Positions 1 through 9,535 of a stretch of DNA of 50,103 nucleotides are shown in pieces. The DNA is from a virus: the UHGV virus genome UHGV-0211888. One strand, 5' to 3'. How positions within the stretch are numbered: position 1 is the first letter of the stretch; the number at the start of each line of letters is the position of its first letter. The notes under the pieces were generated by a model, which searched no databases, was not told the DNA's origin, and saw only the letters and a program-made list of their open reading frames with translations. A program made the position numbers and the translations under genes.

Positions 1-190
1 ATTTTCGCGATTTTAGGGGGTAAAAATGGCCTTTTTTGGCACTTTTTTGCCATTTTTCGCGATTTTCGGACTTGCCACTTTTTTGCCACTTTTGCCCTTT
101 TTGCCACTTTTTTTGAAAAACTTTTCAGAAATCTTCAAAAATTTTTAAGACGTTTTATAAAAGTGGCAAAAAGTGGCAATAAAATAACAG
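1..190. repeat. Iteron array, putative replication origin/control region, left part. About 8 direct TTGCCAC(T)n units at 27-114 with ~10-12 bp phasing. Two inverted GTGGCAA units at 162-180. ATTTTCGCGATTTT occurs twice (1-14, 52-65).
   Basis: Read directly from the sequence: cttgccacttttttgccacttttgccctttttgccactttttttg, then aagtggcaaaaagtggcaat. There is no ORF of 60 aa or more in 1-425. Phased T-tracts continue to about 240. Confidence 0.6.
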
Positions 191-390
191 TGATTTTGCG
201 GGTTATTTTTCGCCTATTTTTTCATCATTTTTGCAAAAAGAAAGAGTATATGTAATACTTACTATACCCTTTCTTGGGCATTTACTTGTCCTGTTTTTTG
301 GTTCTTCTTTCTTCTTGGATTTTCTTTGTTTTAAAGTCATCTAGAATCTCTCCAGCAGTTGAGAAAGCCATTACCGCACTTGTCAATAAT

Positions 391-423
391 AAAAAGCTAT
401 TGCTTAATTAACAACAGCTTTTT
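391..423 (-). terminator. Bidirectional intrinsic terminator-like hairpin immediately 3' of the last minus-strand gene.
   Basis: aaaaagctattg / cttaatta / acaacagcttttt gives an ~11-bp stem with one mismatch, flanked by A- and T-runs. The stop codon of ORF 426..701 lies just upstream. Confidence 0.5.
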
Positions 424-425
424 AT

Positions 426-701
426 TTATTGCATGATCAAACCTTTGCTATATAACTCCAACCAGATCTCTAGCATGTTCGCTTCATAGAAAGTACCGAT
501 AGCTTTATACAAATCAAAATAGTACATACACGTACCATCATTAAGTTCTCTGTCAAATAACTTCGAGACATTTAAATAAGTCTTAAAATCAAATCCCTTA
601 CACTTAACGACATCGATGATCATGCACTTTCCGATTGCATCGAGTTTATGTTTGCAATCATAAAAGCGATCTACTAGAATCATTATTTCATCATATTTCA
701 T
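426..701 (-). CDS. Hypothetical protein (91 aa), last gene of the leftward transcription unit.
   Basis: ORF with GGAGGA SD 8 nt upstream of the ATG at 701. Its 5' leader (711-746) is a 36-bp near-identical copy of the leader of gene 13564..13776. Confidence 0.5.
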   Translation of the reverse strand: MKYDEIMILVDRFYDCKHKLDAIGKCMIIDVVKCKGFDFKTYLNVSKLFDRELNDGTCMYYFDLYKAIGTFYEANMLEIWLELYSKGLIMQ

Positions 702-710
702 AATAGTTTT

Positions 711-746
711 AATCCTCCATTAAATAATTTGTTCATCATGCGAAAA
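711..746 (-). promoter_or_regulatory. Conserved leader/promoter element, copy A: TTTTCGCATGATGAACAAATTATTTAATGGAGGATT (minus sense), followed by an A12 run at 743-754.
   Basis: 35 of 36 nt identical to 13783-13818, and related to elements at ~10530-10562, ~13031-13060 and ~15341-15375. Contains the SD of the downstream gene. Confidence 0.5.
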
Positions 747-1013
747 AAAAAAAATAAAGGTAGTTGTTTTTATTAATTACAACCACCTTTACTTTAATTC
801 TAAATAAGCTAGCGTCCTCTCAGGAGGTACAAATGTCAAACGGACATACAATGAATGAAAATAATTGCACAAATCAGGATTATGGAAGAAAGGATATTTT
901 AATGAATGTGAGTTTTGAGCTTTATCTGTTCCAATTTAATGGAAACGCTATACTTATTTGACCAAAAATGAAGGACTATGCAAATTCAAATACATAATCC
1001 TTAATTCCTCATC

Positions 1014-1220
1014 CTACTCAGATTTTTTAATCTCGAAGTCTGCTTTCAGCGTCAATCCATGATAGTGAACTTCAATAGGTCCTCCGTACTTCTTGACCCA
1101 TGCTTCGGCCTTTTTCTTTTGGATCTCTACGAATGTTTGCTCACCAATAGCAACACCAACAATCGACACCACGATTAAACTGACCGGGTGGGAAACTAAT
1201 GTCATAATAAAATTTTTCAT
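1014..1220 (-). CDS. Small membrane protein (68 aa, hydrophobic N-terminal segment).
   Basis: ORF. The stretch LVSHPVSLIVVSIVGVAIG is predicted to be TM. Confidence 0.35.
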   Translation of the reverse strand: MKNFIMTLVSHPVSLIVVSIVGVAIGEQTFVEIQKKKAEAWVKKYGGPIEVHYHGLTLKADFEIKKSE

Positions 1221-1241
1221 TTATACGTTCTCCATTCTCCG

Positions 1242-2498
1242 TTAAAGAGTATGTTTATCTGACGTATCGTCTTTCTTATCAAATATCGGAGCAAATCCTT
1301 TCTCATTGAATTTCTTTTTACGTTTTAGTGTAGCCATTATGGCATTGTCAATAGTTGACTTGCTAGTCAAATGATAATACCATAGATCAATATATTTTGT
1401 ATTTAAACGATCTATACGACCGCTAGCCTGCACCATAACTTTATAAGAATAGTTCTGAGAAAAGAATATGATTGTGTCAGTAAGAACACAGTTCCAACCT
1501 TCGCAACCAGCCGTATATTCGACAAGATATGCCCAAGAATCTCCTTCAGGTATCAATTCATGCTTGTGACCATTCCACTCGGAATACTTATAATTGACCT
1601 TATTCAAAAGTCCTCTGAGTATTTCAAGCTCGTAGTCATATGAATAGAATATGATAGCCTTAGGGTGTTGCTTCAATATATCTAATACCTCAATGCATCT
1701 ACTAGGACTACTGTTAACAACTCTACGCAGAGTATAACAGTATTCACCAGCATTCTGTATTGGCAAGTTAGTATACGGGTTCCAACGATTCTGGACAATA
1801 AACTTATACTTACCCTCATCATAACTGCAATCATACCATAAATGATGCTGAACTGTACCTCTATGAAAATCCATATTAACTAGAATACTTCTTCTCATAG
1901 CAATTAGTCTTCCTTCATTTAGATATCTGTCAACCTTTGGAAACTTAGTAAATCTGCTAAATATTACGTGCTTGCTTATAAAATCTGTTTTATTACGGAA
2001 AAATCCATTAGCTATGAATACTGGAATATAATCCATCCAGGTATCTCCAGGTGTAGCAGATAGTAAAATCCACTTATTTTGCCTAGTAATCTCTAGAAAA
2101 GCTTTTGTCCAGGCTCCATAGCCGACAACTCTCTGCTCATCAAATATAAAGAAAGCATTTTTAATATTAACATATTTATGTAAATTATTCCAACTGTCAA
2201 CAATAATCTTATTGCCATTTAGTTTTTCATTAGCAGGATCAGTTGACATCTTAAACACAGACATTTCCTCTTCCCACTCAAAAGTATCTCTCTTTCTAGC
2301 AGTAGTGATTATATACAAGTCACAAGGATTGACCATCCTACGAAATGTACCAGAGTTAACCGTCCCGCCATTAAGACAATAGTAGTATGCTAAGGCAGTG
2401 CGAGATTTTCCAGATCCCACACCACCATTTAGTATACAACCGTTTTTCATATGACTGAGGGCTTGCATCTGATAGTCACGCATTCTTATCCCAGCCAT
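1242..2498 (-). CDS. SF2 (SNF2/DEAD-like) helicase, phage replication/recombination type.
   Basis: Walker A GGVGSGKS near the N-terminus, a DEQ Walker-B-like FIFDEQR, and a helicase C-terminal-like region. Across the contig junction it neighbours the VRR-NUC gene, a pairing known from phage SNF2-helicase/VRR-NUC modules. Confidence 0.6.
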   Translation of the reverse strand: MAGIRMRDYQMQALSHMKNGCILNGGVGSGKSRTALAYYYCLNGGTVNSGTFRRMVNPCDLYIITTARKRDTFEWEEEMSVFKMSTDPANEKLNGNKIIVDSWNNLHKYVNIKNAFFIFDEQRVVGYGAWTKAFLEITRQNKWILLSATPGDTWMDYIPVFIANGFFRNKTDFISKHVIFSRFTKFPKVDRYLNEGRLIAMRRSILVNMDFHRGTVQHHLWYDCSYDEGKYKFIVQNRWNPYTNLPIQNAGEYCYTLRRVVNSSPSRCIEVLDILKQHPKAIIFYSYDYELEILRGLLNKVNYKYSEWNGHKHELIPEGDSWAYLVEYTAGCEGWNCVLTDTIIFFSQNYSYKVMVQASGRIDRLNTKYIDLWYYHLTSKSTIDNAIMATLKRKKKFNEKGFAPIFDKKDDTSDKHTL

Positions 2499-2509
2499 AC
2501 TTTTAGCAA

Positions 2510-3187
2510 TTACTTATTAGCTGGTTCGTTAGTAATACCGGATTCACCTGCAGTTGGATCTTTAACTTTAATATTAGGCGTATTAGGGACAATCTCCGGA
2601 ATGTCATTAACACTTTCATGATCCATCCAGGGAATGTCATTAACATCTTGCTGATCCATCCAGTCATCATACTTACCACCAAAGTCAATATCCTCAGTTT
2701 GGATAACATTGAGCTTCTTCAAGTAGCAAGTCTTCTTTCCGGGGAATTTACGACTCTCATAGCAGTTAACGACCATATCGCAGGTCTGAATGTCAATACT
2801 GTCAAGTTCTCCAATAGTGTTAATATCCAAAGGACGACGATTTCTCTTTCCTTTATAAGTGCTGAATAAGGTAACAACAGGAGGATAAGCAGAATTCATA
2901 TTCACAACAACATTAACAAAGTTCAACTTGACTGGTTGATCCTTGTCATCATGAATAGCATTGACTTCGACATTACGAACATTAAATCCCTGCTTAATCA
3001 TATCAGCAGCGAGTTCTTCAGAAACACAGAGTTTGAAAATTCTCTGTGAGTTTCCAAAGCGATCTTCACGACCGCTGAAATTTGGCCACAAAATAACAGC
3101 ATTATCGGCCTCAAGTAAACGATCCGTATGCCAAACGAATTTAGAATCTTTTAATGCCTCAAAGGCGATTTCAATCTTTTTTGCCAT
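2510..3187 (-). CDS. Hypothetical replication-module protein (225 aa); possibly ssDNA-binding, unverified.
   Basis: Placed between the helicase and the polymerase. I recognise no motif with confidence. Confidence 0.25.
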   Translation of the reverse strand: MAKKIEIAFEALKDSKFVWHTDRLLEADNAVILWPNFSGREDRFGNSQRIFKLCVSEELAADMIKQGFNVRNVEVNAIHDDKDQPVKLNFVNVVVNMNSAYPPVVTLFSTYKGKRNRRPLDINTIGELDSIDIQTCDMVVNCYESRKFPGKKTCYLKKLNVIQTEDIDFGGKYDDWMDQQDVNDIPWMDHESVNDIPEIVPNTPNIKVKDPTAGESGITNEPANK

Positions 3188-3211
3188 AATTTATATTTTT
3201 ATTTCCTTTCA

Positions 3212-6200
3212 TTAAATAATAGTGTATATACGTGGATAGACTGGTTTGCCATCTACAATCTTCGGACCAATATATGGATCATCACTTACAAACCACTCAT
3301 AATTTCCAAATTGACTAATAGTATCAATTGCTTCATTAACGAGTGTTTCATAATATGACTTATCAATATACTGTTCCTCTGGAGTTCCAAGAACGTTTTC
3401 AGACTCGAGCCAACGATATCCTTTGGTTCCAGTTACTGCATTCATTCCCAGAGTTCCATCTTTCTTCTTTTGTTCACGATAGAGTATTCCTCCACCATGA
3501 CCAGGTTTGATAGGGCAGAACAATCCAACCCTACCAATAAACTTATAGTCATGTTCATCTAAAGCCTTACCTTCGTTCATATCCAAATACATTGCCGTCT
3601 TTACTTCTTTAGTTTCGCACATATCCTTAGCGGTTATCTGCTCATGACTAAAGCATTTTTTAAAGATATAAGGTATTTGGAATTGTAATCCGGTGGCTGT
3701 CCATGGTGTTTCATCCTTATGAGTATACTCTGGCGCATATTTTGCAATATAAGTAGAGTCATTTACAAGACACATACGATCATATGTTGCCTCATGTTCG
3801 AACGTATACCCATAACCTTGGGCAAATTTCATACAGTAATCGATGATCTCTGGTGTAGCATCCGGAATCTTAATTGAATCTGTCTTAATATGTGCTACCT
3901 TAAATCCTTTGGCAGCAACATTATCCTGAAGAGTCTTCATAAATAAGGCTCCTCTAAGAGCGACAATATTCATTTCATTAGATGATACACGGAATGGATT
4001 ATCGAAAGCTGCACTAGTCAGCCCATAAACTGAATTGATAGCAATTTTCAAAGCTTGAGACAATTTCTTAGCTCTAGTTGGATCATCCAAATATTTAGCC
4101 AGTTTGCCGTCAAACTCTTTCTTAACAACATCATATTCACCATGTTTGATATGAATACGAATATCAACTATCATAGCATACTTCTTCGTATAATCTCCGA
4201 AGAGATTCATAGCAATAATACTATGTGGATGCAACGATGCAACATCAAGTAATGCTACATTACCATACATTCCTGGTTCAGAATAAACATAACCACCAAA
4301 GCCTAAATCAATGCCTCGATACATATTATGCTTTTCATATTTATGAATTTCATCATTCCATTGTTTTACGAATTCATAGCCAGGAAAATCTTTTTTCAAT
4401 TTTTCATAGTTAGCTTCATAATTCAATTGAGGATGCTTTTCATTACCAAAAATAATCTTTGTAGTTAAACTATTTGTCGTATCGTTAACTGTCATACCTG
4501 CTAAGTCTGCTAGAATCTCACGAGCTTCAAAATCAGCTTTAGTGGCATTCCATACGGCCTCTGTACTGTTAACATCATTGTCACAATACTCAGCAACTTC
4601 TTGCCACTTATCCTCAGGTACAGGTTGGTCCCAAGGATAACCTAATTCCTGATGGTGAATACCTAGTTCAATTTCCCATTTCTTGAGAGATTGCTTTTTA
4701 GCTGCATAATCATAAATATCAGTATAAGATATATTATATGCCTCACCAAAGAATCCTTTACCATACATAATAATACTTTGAGAAAGTCTGAATAACTGCT
4801 CATTGGACCAGCCTAGACATCCTCTAGCGTACACAATATGGTTATCATATCGTCGGCAGTTAAAACCAACTAAACGATATTTGAATAGTGCTTGAATCTC
4901 TTCAGGCTTAGGATTTATCATCCTATTAACTACATTCGATCCTAACTTTTTGTAGTTGAGAAGGAATAAGTTAGGAAAGACTTCGACATCGAAGAACACA
5001 ATAGCATTCTCTGACTTCTCTGCATCAGATATACTGTCGCTTTTCCAATGTATTTTTGCTACTTTGTTAAGACAATAATCTGACTGATGCGTGCTAGCTG
5101 CAGCAAACGCCACAACTGCATTATGCAAATCACTAACATCATAAGTCATACCACTTTTGTAGCATGATTCAATAGAATCATAAATAAAGTCAACCGATGG
5201 CTTTGTATAACCACAGTATTCCTTATTGAGATTCCTAAGAATAAGTGTTCGCAATGCCTTCTCGTTTGCAACTGCCTTGAAATTTATCATTTCTTTTTTC
5301 TCCCTTAAAGGCAAACCGGAAGATATAGTTGCTATATCTTCGTCGTTACACTTAGTTAATTTACGTCTAAGCGCACTGTTGCCAGTAAATACTTTTACTT
5401 CTACATTATCTGAATATATTCTACTTAATTCAGCAGGATCACCTCCAGTATAAATATAGTGCAAATGTATGCCAGCTCCAGATTTGCTCAACTCGGCATA
5501 GGTCTTTGGCCATTTACTGGCCTCTTCAAGATTTTTCTTAAATGACTTTTTGCCGTCTTCTCCTTTGATATCAAAATCTATGACAATAAGCTTTTCAGGA
5601 ACTTTAACATAATGAAGTTTCCTAGTATCCAGATCTTTTAATGCAGTTCTTACATTAGACCATTTCATTCCAGGAACTTCCTCTTCTGTTGCATACTGAG
5701 CTGGACAATCCTTACAATAATCATCTAGTCTAGAATGTTGCTCCTTAAAAACTATCTTGTCAGAAGTTGTATCAACGACAGTCGGCTTCTGATCTTCATT
5801 CAAAATATCGGTTTTAAAGCCAATATAGTATGATCTTATCCAAACTCCATCAACCAGAACTCTCTCTTTGTATTCTTTGAAATAGTTTTTTAACTCATTC
5901 TTAAATATACGCATCGACATGGGATATGGGACTTTTGCATTGTCGCAATAAGTTTTATACATCTCCCATCCCTGCTTAAGAGAGACACTATCTTGCTGCT
6001 GGAATGTATCATAACTATCCTCTATGAAGTTATAGAAATCATTTGATTCACCCATCATTAAAGTTGGTTTATAGTTTTGATAATAATTAGGATTTTTCAA
6101 ATATATTTCTTTGCATTTATATGCAATAGCTCCATATTCAAATTTAATCCTATTCATTAACTCATCATATTTTGTCAAACTTATTCTATTACCTGTAGGT

Positions 6201-7090
6201 TGCACATCGATCAAACGTCTTAAAATACCTGACTTAGCATCAGTTATTTTAACTGGTTTATTTGTACCCATAAATAAGAAAGTATTGAACTTCATACTGT
6301 AAATAGACTTATGTTTCTCATTAACAGTCATCTTTTCATGAGATACCAAGCTATTTATAGTTGTGTTTCTTTCTATTCTAGACAAATCACCATCCTGACT
6401 AATAGCAACTAAAGGATTGGTTTTCAACTGTTCCAAAGCAAATGTAGCTGTAGATGAACCGAGCGATTCCGCATCAAATACTGAACAATAGCCATCAAAC
6501 ATACTCTGAATAATATCCAGAATAGTTGATTTACCAGTTCCAGGTGGACCATAGAACACAATAAACTTTTGCGTCTTTTTAGACGCTCCAGTTACGATTG
6601 CACCTATAGCCCACTCGAACTTATGGCGTTGCTCATCAGTATATAATTCCGAAACAAGTTCATCATAAGCCTCAGTGCTTCCAGATTCAAGAGGATATGG
6701 TAACTTATGACTGGAATAATCTTCTTTAGCAGTTTTCTGATTAGAAAATACTAATTCATTATCAAGTGGTTTAAAGTTATCACGCATCTGCTTTTGGCAA
6801 TAACGATGCCAAATGTCGATACTGCCTGACTCTGCATCCCACATATGCAGAATATGTACCCTACTATCTGCAAAACGATCCTTGTTTTTTTCTGCAAATG
6901 CATCTAATTCTGCGTCAACAGCTTTTACAAGATCTTGTTCAGATGTAGACCACGTATTCTCTTTTTCATTCCAGAAAGCATAAAAGTCGCTTCCTCTTAT
7001 CATAAGGTCTTTTGAAATTCCAATGACGAACTTAGGATAGATCTCGATTTCACCCTTTCGGGTTCTATAAGATACTATCAAGAAGTCCAT
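3212..7090 (-). CDS. Fused SF3 helicase (P4-alpha/D5-like P-loop) - AEP primase (PrimPol-like) - family B DNA polymerase with 3'-5' exonuclease, 1292 aa.
   Basis: Helicase: Walker A FYGPPGTGKST; B-like VAISQDGD; motif C FMGTN. AEP primase: motif I LIVIDFDIKG; motif II SGAGIHLHY. Exonuclease: Exo I FFDVEVF; Exo II GFNCRRYDNH; Exo III YCDNDVNS. PolB: motif A LDVASLHPHSII; motif B KIAINSVYG; motif C HIKTDSI (phi29-like DTDSI). Confidence 0.85.
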   Translation of the reverse strand: MDFLIVSYRTRKGEIEIYPKFVIGISKDLMIRGSDFYAFWNEKENTWSTSEQDLVKAVDAELDAFAEKNKDRFADSRVHILHMWDAESGSIDIWHRYCQKQMRDNFKPLDNELVFSNQKTAKEDYSSHKLPYPLESGSTEAYDELVSELYTDEQRHKFEWAIGAIVTGASKKTQKFIVFYGPPGTGKSTILDIIQSMFDGYCSVFDAESLGSSTATFALEQLKTNPLVAISQDGDLSRIERNTTINSLVSHEKMTVNEKHKSIYSMKFNTFLFMGTNKPVKITDAKSGILRRLIDVQPTGNRISLTKYDELMNRIKFEYGAIAYKCKEIYLKNPNYYQNYKPTLMMGESNDFYNFIEDSYDTFQQQDSVSLKQGWEMYKTYCDNAKVPYPMSMRIFKNELKNYFKEYKERVLVDGVWIRSYYIGFKTDILNEDQKPTVVDTTSDKIVFKEQHSRLDDYCKDCPAQYATEEEVPGMKWSNVRTALKDLDTRKLHYVKVPEKLIVIDFDIKGEDGKKSFKKNLEEASKWPKTYAELSKSGAGIHLHYIYTGGDPAELSRIYSDNVEVKVFTGNSALRRKLTKCNDEDIATISSGLPLREKKEMINFKAVANEKALRTLILRNLNKEYCGYTKPSVDFIYDSIESCYKSGMTYDVSDLHNAVVAFAAASTHQSDYCLNKVAKIHWKSDSISDAEKSENAIVFFDVEVFPNLFLLNYKKLGSNVVNRMINPKPEEIQALFKYRLVGFNCRRYDNHIVYARGCLGWSNEQLFRLSQSIIMYGKGFFGEAYNISYTDIYDYAAKKQSLKKWEIELGIHHQELGYPWDQPVPEDKWQEVAEYCDNDVNSTEAVWNATKADFEAREILADLAGMTVNDTTNSLTTKIIFGNEKHPQLNYEANYEKLKKDFPGYEFVKQWNDEIHKYEKHNMYRGIDLGFGGYVYSEPGMYGNVALLDVASLHPHSIIAMNLFGDYTKKYAMIVDIRIHIKHGEYDVVKKEFDGKLAKYLDDPTRAKKLSQALKIAINSVYGLTSAAFDNPFRVSSNEMNIVALRGALFMKTLQDNVAAKGFKVAHIKTDSIKIPDATPEIIDYCMKFAQGYGYTFEHEATYDRMCLVNDSTYIAKYAPEYTHKDETPWTATGLQFQIPYIFKKCFSHEQITAKDMCETKEVKTAMYLDMNEGKALDEHDYKFIGRVGLFCPIKPGHGGGILYREQKKKDGTLGMNAVTGTKGYRWLESENVLGTPEEQYIDKSYYETLVNEAIDTISQFGNYEWFVSDDPYIGPKIVDGKPVYPRIYTII

Positions 7091-7095
7091 ACTAT

Positions 7096-7278
7096 CTATT
7101 TCTTTTCAGTTTTAGTAGTATTAGACTTCTCTTCATCCTTTGCGACAGAAACCGTAATCACCGGTTGTTGTCTGCTTTCAAGAAAGATGCATTCAGCAAC
7201 CCCTTTAAGAACTGAAACTGCGATTGCAGTCTTAAAAGGATGTTGAACCATCCAACTAACTAAATCAAAAAATGTCAT
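7096..7278 (-). CDS. Hypothetical small protein (60 aa).
   Basis: ORF only. Confidence 0.3.
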   Translation of the reverse strand: MTFFDLVSWMVQHPFKTAIAVSVLKGVAECIFLESRQQPVITVSVAKDEEKSNTTKTEKK

Positions 7279-7296
7279 AATGTTTTATCCTCCATT

Positions 7297-7842
7297 TTAT
7301 TTTCTTTTATCTAACCACCACATGCATTGATACCATATATCAGTATTACGCATATCTGCTGGCGGATTATCTACGATAAATAAATTACCTCCGTGTCCTT
7401 CATTGTCATATAATCTGTTCAAGAATATGAACATTATACTATTAAATTTACTTTCATCCCAATTTTCATCATACATATGCTCAAGTCCAAGATTCGCTAA
7501 CATAGATAGAAACCAAATATGAGTTCTATCTCCGAAATCAGGATCTTTCATGATCTGTTTTTCGATTCTGGCAGCTAATGCCACCATCATTTCTAGCACA
7601 GAACATGTATTTTTGCATAAGGCTTCTACAAATTCTTCGTCATATTCATTTGAAGGAATCCTTTGAATAAATCTGTCTCGTAAAACTAATCCGTCTATAA
7701 TGCGGTTCTCGTCAAGATCATTAGTACTATAATACTCTGTATTTAATAAATGTTCTAGTAGTCGGGTATAGTGCTCTTGAGCCATTTGATCGGGAACTGC
7801 TAAATTAAACAGCCACTTTTTGTATTCTTTAAATCCTACCAT
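7297..7842 (-). CDS. Hypothetical protein (181 aa).
   Basis: ORF with a GGAGGA-type SD. No motif recognised. Confidence 0.4.
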   Translation of the reverse strand: MVGFKEYKKWLFNLAVPDQMAQEHYTRLLEHLLNTEYYSTNDLDENRIIDGLVLRDRFIQRIPSNEYDEEFVEALCKNTCSVLEMMVALAARIEKQIMKDPDFGDRTHIWFLSMLANLGLEHMYDENWDESKFNSIMFIFLNRLYDNEGHGGNLFIVDNPPADMRNTDIWYQCMWWLDKRK

Positions 7843-8519
7843 TAATCATCGTCTTTCGTATATAATCTAATATAATCATCGTCATCATGATATGTAGGAG
7901 GAAGAGTGTCATCATCATCTGTAGGATGAAGAGCACGGCCCTGTTCAGTACCGTCAATGTAAGTCTTTGGTGATCTAATAATCTCATAATCGAAATCATT
8001 ATTATCATTTCTGACATACACACTCTCATCATCATACAGTCCAAAAGTCTTGAGTGCTTCCGGTCCAACTTCACCGTTAATATCTTTGATGACATTGCCA
8101 AATGTGTCGGCCAATACTCCGTCCTTATAATAAATCAGCGTTTTAGCATTTTTACTACTTTCACGAAATTCTTCTGGTGTCAAGACTGTAATCTTACTGT
8201 TTGCTGGCTGTTCTTTTCTGTCTAGAACAGGACTTGCCGTTCTATACTGATCTGCTTCTTCTCTATACTTTTCGGAATAATCTACAACTGTTTCTTTTGG
8301 CTGAGTTTCCTGTAGAGTGCTTCTTGTTTCAAAAGGTTTTTGAGGAGCAGGTTTTACAGATTTCTTTTTGCTGAAATATGATTTATATGCCTCTCTAACC
8401 TCCGAAATCTCCTTATCAGAAATTTGCTTATACTTTTTAGCATAAACAAATTTTCCAATAAAGAAACCAGAAACACCACTAACAATCAAACTGCCAATTG
8501 CTAGTAATGTTTTATTCAT
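7842..8519 (-). CDS. N-terminally membrane-anchored protein with a poly-Asp C-terminus (225 aa).
   Basis: N-terminal TM LLAIGSLIVSGVSGFFIG. The C-terminus is HPTDDDDTLPPTYHDDDDYIRLYTKDDD. Confidence 0.45.
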   Translation of the reverse strand: MNKTLLAIGSLIVSGVSGFFIGKFVYAKKYKQISDKEISEVREAYKSYFSKKKSVKPAPQKPFETRSTLQETQPKETVVDYSEKYREEADQYRTASPVLDRKEQPANSKITVLTPEEFRESSKNAKTLIYYKDGVLADTFGNVIKDINGEVGPEALKTFGLYDDESVYVRNDNNDFDYEIIRSPKTYIDGTEQGRALHPTDDDDTLPPTYHDDDDYIRLYTKDDD

Positions 8520-8520
8520 A

Positions 8521-9519
8521 TTAATCTTCTCTCTTTCTTAAACTCGTAATAAATGTACGTTTACCTCTATCACCAGTAAGAATATCGCCATCAACATTGA
8601 AATCAAGCCAAACATTACGTTCGCCTCTCATCATATCGATAGCTTTTTGAGTATAATTACCAGTATGACGATCTCTTAAACCAATACTAATGTAATTATC
8701 TCCATTAGGATTCTTAGGATCATAGATCCATCCAACCACATGTGAAGCTTGCAATTGCTCATCAGAGAGAGATCCTTCAGGAATTCCTAACTCCTTATAG
8801 ACGTCATACAGGAACATATATTTCTTTGCAGCCAATTGCTGATTAAGTCCGCTCTCTAGCATTTCAAGCCATGCTTTGTTTCTAGGTCCATCTGGTTCCC
8901 AACCATAGCAAGAGGCATCCCATAATACTGCATATGGAGATCCAGATTGATACTTTTTAACTTTCTTTTTGATGGCTTGTTTGTTACCATTTTCATCTAC
9001 AATTTCTTGTTTCTCGGTAACAATACCATCGTACAAATCTTGCTCCGCTTCTTTTCCAAGCTTGCCAGCTACTCTTGAACGATACGCTTTGTAGGCAGTA
9101 TCAAGAGCTGCATATGCAGAACTTAATGCGACAACTCTACCTTGCATAATCTTATGACTTCCAACAAAACATGCAATTGCTGCAGCATAAAGAATTACAG
9201 ATGGTGCATATGTCTTAGCTAATTTAAGACCTGTTTTAGCATAAACCTTATTAAGTTCTTTCTTATTCTCAGGAATACTAACCTCACCATTTCTGACAAG
9301 ATTATCGTCATTCATTTCCGACTTAAGCTTTTGAATTCTCTCTTTAGCTTCAGGCAAATACTTCTCTGCTTTTTTCGTCTCGACAACTGCTAACACAACA
9401 GCAGCTGCAGAAGAAATAACTCCACCAATGATTAACAAAGTTGGAGAATTTTGTTTAAGCCAATATCTAGTTTTACCTATAGTATTCTGAAAACCAGTTT
9501 TAATACTATTAAAATTCAT
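8521..9519 (-). CDS. Membrane protein, paralog family B (332 aa).
   Basis: Shares its architecture with 10567..11319 and 11316..12176: a TM segment, KKAEK, a coiled coil, a second hydrophobic helix A.P..I...AA, then a variable C-terminal domain. Confidence 0.5.
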   Translation of the reverse strand: MNFNSIKTGFQNTIGKTRYWLKQNSPTLLIIGGVISSAAAVVLAVVETKKAEKYLPEAKERIQKLKSEMNDDNLVRNGEVSIPENKKELNKVYAKTGLKLAKTYAPSVILYAAAIACFVGSHKIMQGRVVALSSAYAALDTAYKAYRSRVAGKLGKEAEQDLYDGIVTEKQEIVDENGNKQAIKKKVKKYQSGSPYAVLWDASCYGWEPDGPRNKAWLEMLESGLNQQLAAKKYMFLYDVYKELGIPEGSLSDEQLQASHVVGWIYDPKNPNGDNYISIGLRDRHTGNYTQKAIDMMRGERNVWLDFNVDGDILTGDRGKRTFITSLRKRED

Positions 9520-9535
9520 CTTTTATATCCTTTCG

